A DNA stretch of 63,402 bases, filler included, from an uncultured Methanosarcinales archaeon (GTDB lineage: Archaea; Nanobdellota; Nanobdellia; Woesearchaeales; CAZPJY01), in NCBI GenBank assembly GCA_964587045.1. It is 3 parts of 3 records of this genome, joined end to end, with 100 filler letters (N's around TTAATTAATTAA, not from the genome) between each part and the next. Parts side by side here need not be neighbours in the genome. Positions count along the whole stretch, not along the records: positions 48,481 to 63,402 come from CAZPJY010000036.1; 2 more parts are not named here. One strand, given 5' to 3'. How positions within the stretch are numbered: the stretch's first letter is position 1; every line of letters begins with the position of its first letter. Both the position numbers and the translations under genes were made by a program. Positions 56,215 to 63,402 of the stretch are shown here, in pieces. The notes below the pieces were generated by a model that saw nothing but the letters and a program-made list of their open reading frames with translations, did no database searches and was not told the DNA's origin.

Positions 56215-57726
56215 TTACACTTTCTTGAACTTGTAGGTGAATAAAATAATGCACATGAATATCGCGATCAGCACGCACGGGATAACGAGCAGCAGCAGCT
56301 CCTTCTTTATCCACTCCGGCTCAACCTCTGGTTCTGCCTCCGGCTCAGGCGCCGGCGCCGGCTCAGGGACCGGTGCCTCCTCGGAGGTCAGGACAGTCAC
56401 TTCCTGCTCGATCTCCTCAGTGAGCTTCTCGCCGTATTCTGTGTAGTAGTCGACCGATATCTTCAGCGACTGGGTCGAATGGTTCACAGGCACAGTGGAC
56501 AACGCATACTCAAACTCGTGGTTGGTGAGCTTGGAGAGCTTTGGGAATGTCTCGTCCTCAAAGTCCAGGGGGATCGTCGTCACCAAGCGCGGGGTTATGT
56601 TGTAGAACGTGTTGGCAGTGGGGTTGATGAACTGGAAGACGAGCTCTCCCCCTTCCAGGTCAAGGACGCCTTCCTTTATCCTGGTCTGGATGAAGCCCCG
56701 CTCGATGGATGCTGTCAGGGAGGCCGAAGATTCCACCGACGAAGAGACGCTCGAGAGGCGGTAGTCCAAGCTCGCAGTCGCTTTCTGCTCCCCGGTGCGC
56801 GTTGCTTTGGCCAGGAAGCTCATCGAGGTAGGCTTGTTGACCGTGCCCTCATAGGTGTATTCCGGGGCTTCGAAGCCATCCGGGGCCTCCACAACCGTGA
56901 TGCCCTGTGGAAGGTTGAGCCTGAGCGCGTCTATGTAGATTATCTGGGTGGGGTTCAGCGACAGCGTTATGTTGAACTGGTCGCCGACCCCAAGCGTGGT
57001 ATTGGTGAATGTCACCGACAGGGTTATGGGGTGGGAAGAGACCACGACATCCGAGCTTGCGAAGCTGGCGGTCTTGGCATAGGCGTCGTCCGTCCAGCTG
57101 GCGTTGGCCTGTATCCTGTAGGTACCGGGCACCTTGCCTGTTACCTTGTACGAGCAGTCTGCCTCCTGGTTTGGATTAAGCACGCCCTGCCACTTGACTG
57201 TGCTGCCCGAAAGGGTGCAGTCGGTTATCTGCGTGACTTTGAGCCCGTCAGGTACGAGCTCCATGAAGGACACGTTAAGCGCCGGAAGTTCTCCTGTGTT
57301 CTTGAGCGTGGTTTCCACTTTGGCCTCGCCGTCGGGCGGAAGCGTCGGGTTAGGGATGGACCTCGAAAACGAGAGGGCTGATGTCGAGGTGCGTATGGAG
57401 ACGCTGTACTGGTAGAGCACGGTGTAGGTGGTGTGCCTGTCAGGATCCGGCGTTTTCCAGTCGTAGCCAGAGTGGCCGACGTTCCACAGGCATATCCTCA
57501 TCGAGTTCTTCTCGTCGCACGTCCCGTTGTAGAGGTAGAAGGACTGGCCGCCGTAGAAGTAGACCATGGCGCGCTCTGGGTCCGGCGAGCCGAACACGCT
57601 GAAGGTGAGGCCTGAAGTGGTGGTCGCATTGATGCCGGGGCCTAAAGTACCGTTGTAGATGGTGGTGGCAGCGCTGACAGTGGTTATCGTGAGTAAGAAA
57701 ACTAACAGCACTGCTGCCCCTCTCAT
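56215..57726 (-). CDS. Surface protein with DUF11/BatD-like Ig domains and C-terminal TM
   Basis: Signal peptide, LKNTGELPALNV..E.VP.G, PEPAPAPEPE linker, TM. Confidence 0.8.
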   Translation of the reverse strand: MRGAAVLLVFLLTITTVSAATTIYNGTLGPGINATTTSGLTFSVFGSPDPERAMVYFYGGQSFYLYNGTCDEKNSMRICLWNVGHSGYDWKTPDPDRHTTYTVLYQYSVSIRTSTSALSFSRSIPNPTLPPDGEAKVETTLKNTGELPALNVSFMELVPDGLKVTQITDCTLSGSTVKWQGVLNPNQEADCSYKVTGKVPGTYRIQANASWTDDAYAKTASFASSDVVVSSHPITLSVTFTNTTLGVGDQFNITLSLNPTQIIYIDALRLNLPQGITVVEAPDGFEAPEYTYEGTVNKPTSMSFLAKATRTGEQKATASLDYRLSSVSSSVESSASLTASIERGFIQTRIKEGVLDLEGGELVFQFINPTANTFYNITPRLVTTIPLDFEDETFPKLSKLTNHEFEYALSTVPVNHSTQSLKISVDYYTEYGEKLTEEIEQEVTVLTSEEAPVPEPAPAPEPEAEPEVEPEWIKKELLLLVIPCVLIAIFMCIILFTYKFKKV

Positions 57727-57752
57727 GGTAAAAAGAAAAAAATTTGGCCTGT

Positions 57753-58211
57753 TTAGGCCCTGCCAGTGATCGAACCCACAGCCGCGTGTGAAAGGTTGGT
57801 CTCCTGGTTCACGTAGTTGACTGTGATATCACCGCTCACACGTCCTGACAACGCTGCGTTGCATGTCAACGCGATTGTCGCTTGGGCGTTGTTCTGGACC
57901 GTCTGAGGTGGCGCCAGACCGTTGACTGTAACACTGTTGTTGGCTGTCAGAGTGCACGCATCCGTCGTGACACTCGAGATAATCATCGGGTAGCCAATGT
58001 TGTTCTTCACTGCGACACTGATACTTGTTCCACTTATTGCGGGTTTATCGATGCAGTCCAGTCCTGACGGGAAAGTGCATTTCTCTGGGAGAAACTTGTC
58101 AGGGCTAAGGACGCCAAAGTATGCCAGGGCTCCGATTGCCGCGAGCACGACCAGGATGGCCCACCCATAGGTCATCAGGAACTCCATGGCTGCCTGTCCT
58201 CTCCTATTCAT
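57753..58211 (-). CDS. Archaeal type IV pilin
   Basis: MNRRG/QAAMEFLMTYGWAILVV class III signal; own promoter and GAGGTGA SD. Confidence 0.92.
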   Translation of the reverse strand: MNRRGQAAMEFLMTYGWAILVVLAAIGALAYFGVLSPDKFLPEKCTFPSGLDCIDKPAISGTSISVAVKNNIGYPMIISSVTTDACTLTANNSVTVNGLAPPQTVQNNAQATIALTCNAALSGRVSGDITVNYVNQETNLSHAAVGSITGRA

Positions 58212-58302
58212 GAGATCACCTCTTATTATGATTAATTGCTACTTATATCAAGTCACCTATTTAAATATTTCGATTTATTATATTAATATACTCTTATGTA
58301 TA

Positions 58303-59496
58303 TTAAATGAGGCCGCTCATGAAAACCCCAAGGAACCTGACGGCCAGCATGTATATTAGCAGCGATATGAGAATATATGTCGGTATGTAGCGCAACCCCT
58401 CAGTTATGTTTCCCTTCTTGATTACCGAGATTATCATGGATGAGAAGAGTGCCGTGACAGACAGCGCCACCATGGAGAAGGTCCTGAAGTCGCTTAGGGA
58501 TATGCTGTCAGCCGACACGTTGAACCCCATGCCCATAGAAGAGGTCGTCGCCGACATGTCCAGCGTCGACACGATGGAATGGATCACCGTCAGCAGCTGG
58601 TAGGCCAGGCCGAACATGAAGGGGGCGGCAACAATGGAAGCGAAGGTGATGAATATCACGTAGGTCGTGACGTTCGCCGCCATCTCCTTCCTCATTATCC
58701 TGCTCTCCTGGATGTCGTTTGCGATCTTGTCCAGCAGCTCCCCGACCTCGCCCCCGGCCTCGATTCCTTCGATGAGGAGGTTGATCGATCTGCTTAGAAT
58801 GAGCGAGTCGAACTTCTCGGTGAAGACGTGCAGCGAGGCGTACAGCTCTTCGCCGACCAGCGTGCGCTTGGCGACGTCCTCAATCTCCTTTGCCAGCACC
58901 CCGAAACGCGGCCGGACAGCGAACCACAGCGCCCGGTCGATGGGCATGCCCGCCCTGATGTTCGCGCTGGTGAGCTGAAGGAAGTCGGGCAGCACCTCCT
59001 CGACCTCCTTTCGCCTCTGGTATATCTTCATGTCCAGGTAGACATGGAAGACCCCCCAGCTGATCATGAGAATCAGCAGGAACCCGAAGCTCCAAGTGAC
59101 GATTAGCATGATAATCGAGTACAGGATGCCTGGCTTGTCTATGGAGAACCTGACCATCAGGTATATCGAGAGCAGGAATGCCATAACGATGCTCGCGTTG
59201 AATATGCTCTTGGAGAGGACGCGGTACTCGATTTCTATGCCGGCCTTCTCTAGGAACAGGTTGAGGGTCCTGCGGCGCTCGGCCGCAGACCTGCGCCTCT
59301 TGGCCTGCACCTTCTTCTTCTTCTTGGCCTCCTTCTCCTTCTTGGTCTCCATCATCACCTTCTTCTTGAGGTGCCAGGTCCTTATCTTCTGGACGACGCT
59401 CCTCTTGTGCACCTGCTTCTTTAGGTCAGCCACCTCCTGCTTCTTCTGCTCGATTGTCTTGTCCAAGGCTTTTTCGGTCAGGGTCTTCTTCGCCAT
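58303..59496 (-). CDS. Type IV pilus membrane platform protein (TadC/T2SSF)
   Basis: LPDFLQLTSANIRAGMPIDRAL, RPRFGVLAKE; start at ATG 59496 (TGATG overlap). Confidence 0.9.
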   Translation of the reverse strand: MAKKTLTEKALDKTIEQKKQEVADLKKQVHKRSVVQKIRTWHLKKKVMMETKKEKEAKKKKKVQAKRRRSAAERRRTLNLFLEKAGIEIEYRVLSKSIFNASIVMAFLLSIYLMVRFSIDKPGILYSIIMLIVTWSFGFLLILMISWGVFHVYLDMKIYQRRKEVEEVLPDFLQLTSANIRAGMPIDRALWFAVRPRFGVLAKEIEDVAKRTLVGEELYASLHVFTEKFDSLILSRSINLLIEGIEAGGEVGELLDKIANDIQESRIMRKEMAANVTTYVIFITFASIVAAPFMFGLAYQLLTVIHSIVSTLDMSATTSSMGMGFNVSADSISLSDFRTFSMVALSVTALFSSMIISVIKKGNITEGLRYIPTYILISLLIYMLAVRFLGVFMSGLI

Positions 59497-60317
59497 CAGA
59501 AGTCCACCGCCGGCCGCTGGGCCCTGATTATCTGGAAGAACATGAACTGCACGAAGCCGAGGAAGGCTGCCAGGACCAGCAGCACGATAAGGGAGAGATT
59601 GAATCCCATGAAGGTCGCAATCACCATGAGCATCGTCGTGCCCAGGGAAGGGACGATCACAGCCAGGATCATGTAAAACATCGCAAGTGGGTTCAGCTTC
59701 CGACCGTACTCCTTTATCAGGATCTGCTGCTCCTTGGTGATCTGCTCGAGAACGCTCTTGAGAGGCCTGGAGACATCTGAACCCGTGCGGAGGGAGTTCA
59801 ACACCTGCCAAAAGACCTTGCGCAGGTCCCTCGAAGGCGTCAGCTCAACTGCCTCGTTGATGGCGTCCTCCATGGTGGTCCCCATGTTCACCTTGTCAAT
59901 GATCTCTGCGCAGTACTCCCCCACCACCTTGTAGCTCTTGGATATGTTTATCAGCGCGTTGTACAGCGGGACGCCGCTCTCCAGCTCGATTATCAGGAAG
60001 CGGATGGCGAATACTATCTCGCGCCCGATTTCCTTCTCCCTCCTAAGGATGACCGCGTCAGGGTAGTGAAGGAAGTAGGAGAACATGATGATGAAGGCTA
60101 CTGGGAGCAGCACCAAAAGCACAATCAGCTTCTGCACAGCCTCCATGTTCTTTAGGAAGAGGAAGATGATGGCCTCGAAAATGATGCTCAGGTAGACGCT
60201 CGTTATGAATATGCGCTTGACGAAGGCCTCAGGCTCCTCGAAAAGCCTTGCTCGGCGGAGCTGTGTCCTGAGATACGGCATCCTCTGCGCGATGCGCCTG
60301 AATAGGTTGGTGGCCAT
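59496..60317 (-). CDS. Type IV pilus membrane platform protein (TadB/T2SSF)
   Basis: LESGVPLYNAL, NSLRTGSDV, EYGRKLNPL. Confidence 0.9.
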   Translation of the reverse strand: MATNLFRRIAQRMPYLRTQLRRARLFEEPEAFVKRIFITSVYLSIIFEAIIFLFLKNMEAVQKLIVLLVLLPVAFIIMFSYFLHYPDAVILRREKEIGREIVFAIRFLIIELESGVPLYNALINISKSYKVVGEYCAEIIDKVNMGTTMEDAINEAVELTPSRDLRKVFWQVLNSLRTGSDVSRPLKSVLEQITKEQQILIKEYGRKLNPLAMFYMILAVIVPSLGTTMLMVIATFMGFNLSLIVLLVLAAFLGFVQFMFFQIIRAQRPAVDF

Positions 60318-60318
60318 T

Positions 60319-62217
60319 TCATTCCACGAACTTCTTGTTCTTGTTGACGTACGACATGAGGTGGTCAGGGTTGGTGTAGAACTCAGCCATCACCCTTCCG
60401 ACCGCGTCGATGCTCTGGATATCATGCTTTACCATCCACTTCAGGATCTTGACTTTTTCGGCCAGGAGCTTGCTAAGCTCGCCTTCAGAATAGCCCGTGT
60501 AGAGACGCAGGGTGGAAAGCAGGCTTTTGGACTTGTTCACATTTTCCAACACATCCTTCTTCCCGTCATATTGCATGAGCAGGTTGGGCGAGGCGTCAGG
60601 CAATATCTCTGCGATCTGGAATGCGCGGCGGATGCCGGTCCGCCTGTTCCTGAACTGGATGAGTATCATCGATATGGCAGGGAGCATGGTCTTGGGCACG
60701 TCTATCGGAGGGTTGGTAAGCCGGTCGATCGCCTCCTGGACGTTGTTGGCGTGGAAGGTCGCGTATACCGAGTGGCCGGTGTGGATGGCCTCGAAAAGCG
60801 TCTCAGCCTCGCGCTTGCGCCTCACCTCTCCCACCAATATTCGGTCGGGACGCTGCCTGAGCGCATTGACCAAAAGGTCCTCCATGGATATCTCCCCCTT
60901 GCCCTCGCTGTTGGGCAGGCGCGTTGACATGGGCACCCAGTGCAGGAACTTGGGAAGCCGGATCTCCCTCGTGTCCTCGATCGAGATGATGCGCTGGTTG
61001 GGCGGGAAAAAGTTGGCGAGCACGTTGAGGGTCGAGGTCTTGCCGGAAGCCGTGCCTCCAGCGATTATCGCTGAGAGCTCGAACTGCATGGCCGTCCAGA
61101 CCAGCGCTGCGGACTCGGGCGACATCGTCCGCGACTTGAGGAATCTCGTTATGGTCCATGGGTCGCGGGAGAACTTTCGGATGGTCATGGTGTTGCCCCG
61201 CGTCGATATTGGTATGAGCGTGGCGTTCACACGGTCGCCCTCTCCCAGGTGGGCGTCCAGCAGAGGCTCAAGTACAGTTATCTGCCTCCCCACCTTCCTC
61301 GCGATCATCGTGGCGTAGTGCTTGGTCTGGGACTCCTCGTTCATCATGAGGTTGGTCTTGAGCCAGCCGTGCTTCTTGTGGTAGACCCAGACTGGCTCAG
61401 ATGCTGAGTTGATGACGATCTCCTCGAGCTGCGGGTCGTCCATCAGAATCTCTATGTTGCCCAGACCAAGGGATTTCTGGATTAGGTAGGTGGTCAGGAA
61501 GCCCTTGGTGTCGTCATCGATGTCTGGGAAGTATCGGTCGATCATGTCGCCGATGGTCTCGCGGAACCGCTCCTCTACCGCGTCCTTCTTCTTGAAGTCG
61601 GTGATCTCCATCATCCCCAGGTTGACTCGCCTGATCAGCTCCTTCCTGATGCGCTCGAGCAGTATCTCCGTGGTCGGGGATATGCTGGATATCTGGACCT
61701 TGTAGACGGGTACGAACTCGCCTTCCTTCCGGTAGACGAAGATGGTGATGGGCATCTTGTTCGAGAAGAAATCGTACTTGTCGAGGTTCTCGAGGATCTT
61801 CTCCTCCTCTTTCTTCTCCTCGGGCTCAGCCTCCTCAGGCCCCTCCTCCTTGAGCTTGTCGACCTGGGCCTTCAGGTCAGACTCCTTGAGCTTCTTGGGA
61901 CTAAACGGCTTTACTTCCTCGCCAGCCTTCTCCTTGGCCTCAGCCTTGGGCTTCCCTTGCTGCCGGGCCTCCACGCCAGCCTTCCCACCTTTGCCTTTGG
62001 GCTTACTTTCCGGCTTGGCCTCCTCCTTTCGCTTCTTGAACTCCTCGAACCTCTTCTTCAGGTCTTCAGGCGAGGCGGGTGAGGCAGGCTTCCTGGCTAC
62101 TTTCGGGCCCGACGGCTTAGTAGGCTTCTTGGGAGCGGACCTCTTAGGTCTCTTTGCCTTCGGCCTGGCGGCTGCTGACTTTCTAGAACTCTTCACCCCT
62201 TTTCCCATGATAATCAC
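60319..62217 (-). CDS. Type IV pilus assembly ATPase (VirB11/CpaF/FlaI family) with Lys-rich N-terminus
   Basis: GGTASGKT, SIEDTRE, ALRQRPDRILVGEVR, TGHSVYATFHA. Confidence 0.95.
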   Translation of the reverse strand: MIIMGKGVKSSRKSAAARPKAKRPKRSAPKKPTKPSGPKVARKPASPASPEDLKKRFEEFKKRKEEAKPESKPKGKGGKAGVEARQQGKPKAEAKEKAGEEVKPFSPKKLKESDLKAQVDKLKEEGPEEAEPEEKKEEEKILENLDKYDFFSNKMPITIFVYRKEGEFVPVYKVQISSISPTTEILLERIRKELIRRVNLGMMEITDFKKKDAVEERFRETIGDMIDRYFPDIDDDTKGFLTTYLIQKSLGLGNIEILMDDPQLEEIVINSASEPVWVYHKKHGWLKTNLMMNEESQTKHYATMIARKVGRQITVLEPLLDAHLGEGDRVNATLIPISTRGNTMTIRKFSRDPWTITRFLKSRTMSPESAALVWTAMQFELSAIIAGGTASGKTSTLNVLANFFPPNQRIISIEDTREIRLPKFLHWVPMSTRLPNSEGKGEISMEDLLVNALRQRPDRILVGEVRRKREAETLFEAIHTGHSVYATFHANNVQEAIDRLTNPPIDVPKTMLPAISMILIQFRNRRTGIRRAFQIAEILPDASPNLLMQYDGKKDVLENVNKSKSLLSTLRLYTGYSEGELSKLLAEKVKILKWMVKHDIQSIDAVGRVMAEFYTNPDHLMSYVNKNKKFVE

Positions 62218-63359
62218 TTCCGAACCATCTTGATCAAGTCGCCGAGCCTCTTCTCGAAGCTTTCCTTCTTCTTCTCGACGTCCTTGAACTTCTTCTCAAG
62301 CTCTGATATGTGCTTCTTCACCTCTGAAGACTTGGACATGAGGTTGAACGCTATCGCCTTTCTCACGAGCCCGGCGAGCTCGCTCTTGAGCCCCTCCCTC
62401 TCCTTCTCAAGAGTGGTTAGGAGCTGCTCCACCTTGCTCTTCTTGGCGAAGAACGACTTGATATGGGCGGTCTTGGCCTTGCCTTCCTCGATGTAGCCGT
62501 CGATCTGCTTGCGCCTCTCCAGCACCTTCTTCATGACGCCCTCCTGCAGCTCCAGTATCTGCTTCTCCTTCTCCTTGCTCTCCTTGATGAGGGCGTCGAT
62601 CATCTTCCTCTTGGACTTGACCTCGGTGGATATGTTGTTGGCCATTCCGTCGAGCTTTGCGATGTGCTTGTCCGATACGTCAATCAGCTCGTCCTCGAGC
62701 TTGATCTTCTGCTTGATAGCGTCCACCATGCCCATGAAGTCCTGGAGGCGCTTGGTGATTCTCTCCTCTTCCTTCTCGAGCGTCTCCGCCTCGCCGTGCT
62801 CCTCTGAGAGCTTGGCCTTCTCCGCATCGACCTCGGCCAGGATCTCCTCGTAGCGCTTCTCCTCCCTGGATATCTGGCTGTCCATCTCGCGGATCTTGTC
62901 CTTGAACTCCTGCTGCTGGCTGATCATCTCCTTGTCGATGTTCTTCTTGAGGTCCTCGAACTTCTCAAGCTCCTTCAGCTGGCTCTGGACGCCGTCGATC
63001 TCTCCGCCGAGGTCCTTCTTGATCTTCTCGAACTCCTGCTTCAAGTTGGTGAGTCCTTCGGCTTCTCGGTCGATGGAAGATGCTGCAGTCTCAACGCGGC
63101 GAACGAACGATTCCTTCTTGCCCTCGAACTGCTTGGCCTTCTCCTCGACCTCCTCCTTGGATAGCCTGCGCTCAACCAGGAAAGTCTTGGCCAGCTTGTA
63201 CTGCAGAGAGATGATGCCCTCCTCTTCGAGGAAGTCAGCCCATTCCTCCAGCACAGGGACAGCCACTCCCAGCTCCTTGGCAGCCTCAGGCACAGAAATT
63301 CTCTTCCTTCTGTTGACAAGCCCTACTAGCTTGTCCACCCCTGTCTCAATCTTCCCCAT
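62214..63359 (-). CDS. N-terminal wHTH plus long coiled-coil protein
   Basis: ETGVDKLV..ISVPEAAKELGV..LEEWADFLEEEGII followed by about 300 aa of heptads. Confidence 0.8.
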   Translation of the reverse strand: MGKIETGVDKLVGLVNRRKRISVPEAAKELGVAVPVLEEWADFLEEEGIISLQYKLAKTFLVERRLSKEEVEEKAKQFEGKKESFVRRVETAASSIDREAEGLTNLKQEFEKIKKDLGGEIDGVQSQLKELEKFEDLKKNIDKEMISQQQEFKDKIREMDSQISREEKRYEEILAEVDAEKAKLSEEHGEAETLEKEEERITKRLQDFMGMVDAIKQKIKLEDELIDVSDKHIAKLDGMANNISTEVKSKRKMIDALIKESKEKEKQILELQEGVMKKVLERRKQIDGYIEEGKAKTAHIKSFFAKKSKVEQLLTTLEKEREGLKSELAGLVRKAIAFNLMSKSSEVKKHISELEKKFKDVEKKKESFEKRLGDLIKMVRK

Positions 63360-63402
63360 GACGTCTAAGAAAAGGGGTGGAGGGTTTAAAAATGTTTCTG
63401 TT

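Noticed and set aside
56310..56380. PEPAPAPEPEAEPEVEPE repeat
   Set aside because: Ordinary low-complexity linker before a TM anchor
59497..59811. Long N-terminal extension of the TadC ORF
   Set aside because: Overlaps the upstream gene out of frame; ATG 59496 with TGATG coupling is the likely start
1..63402. CRISPR array, DGR, IS element, rRNA
   Set aside because: No regularly spaced repeats, reverse transcriptase, adenine-variant TR/VR pair, transposase, integrase or rRNA sequence was seen by eye

Overview
This window looks like part of a metagenome-assembled DPANN archaeon (Woesearchaeota/Nanobdellota-like). The assignment is inferred from the archaeal BRE/TATA promoters, class III signal peptides (RRG/QAAMEF, RKG/QITVF), archaeal-type ProRS and a CCA-less tRNA. 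It is three unrelated contigs joined by artificial N-TTAATTAATTAA-N linkers (24307-24406, 48381-48480). Contig 1 carries a MoxR-vWA-BatA-DUF58 operon interrupted by an AT-rich 699-bp insert with a 10-bp direct repeat, a divergent Clp-D2-like protein whose ATPase motifs are all substituted, proS, and a cluster of Cys-rich/beta-helix surface proteins around a small HTH gene with a palindromic operator. Contig 2 carries an AT-rich accessory patch, an iRadA-PPB2-PolB2 operon extended by a VRR-NUC nuclease, an HNH nuclease, glgB, an M16 peptidase pair, a patch of small or degenerate genes ending at tRNA-Thr(GGT), an NDH-2-like flavoprotein, rpe, PCD and folE. Contig 3 carries giant Cys-rich adhesin-like proteins, a MEMO1/AmmeMemo B gene and a type IV pilus locus. 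The best candidates for novelty are the dead Clp/PAN-like chimera that retains an IGF loop, the PolB2 operon with VRR-NUC and an upstream tandem box, the direct-repeat-flanked insert, and apparent module swapping in the beta-helix protein. All family calls come from motif recognition by eye, not database searches.
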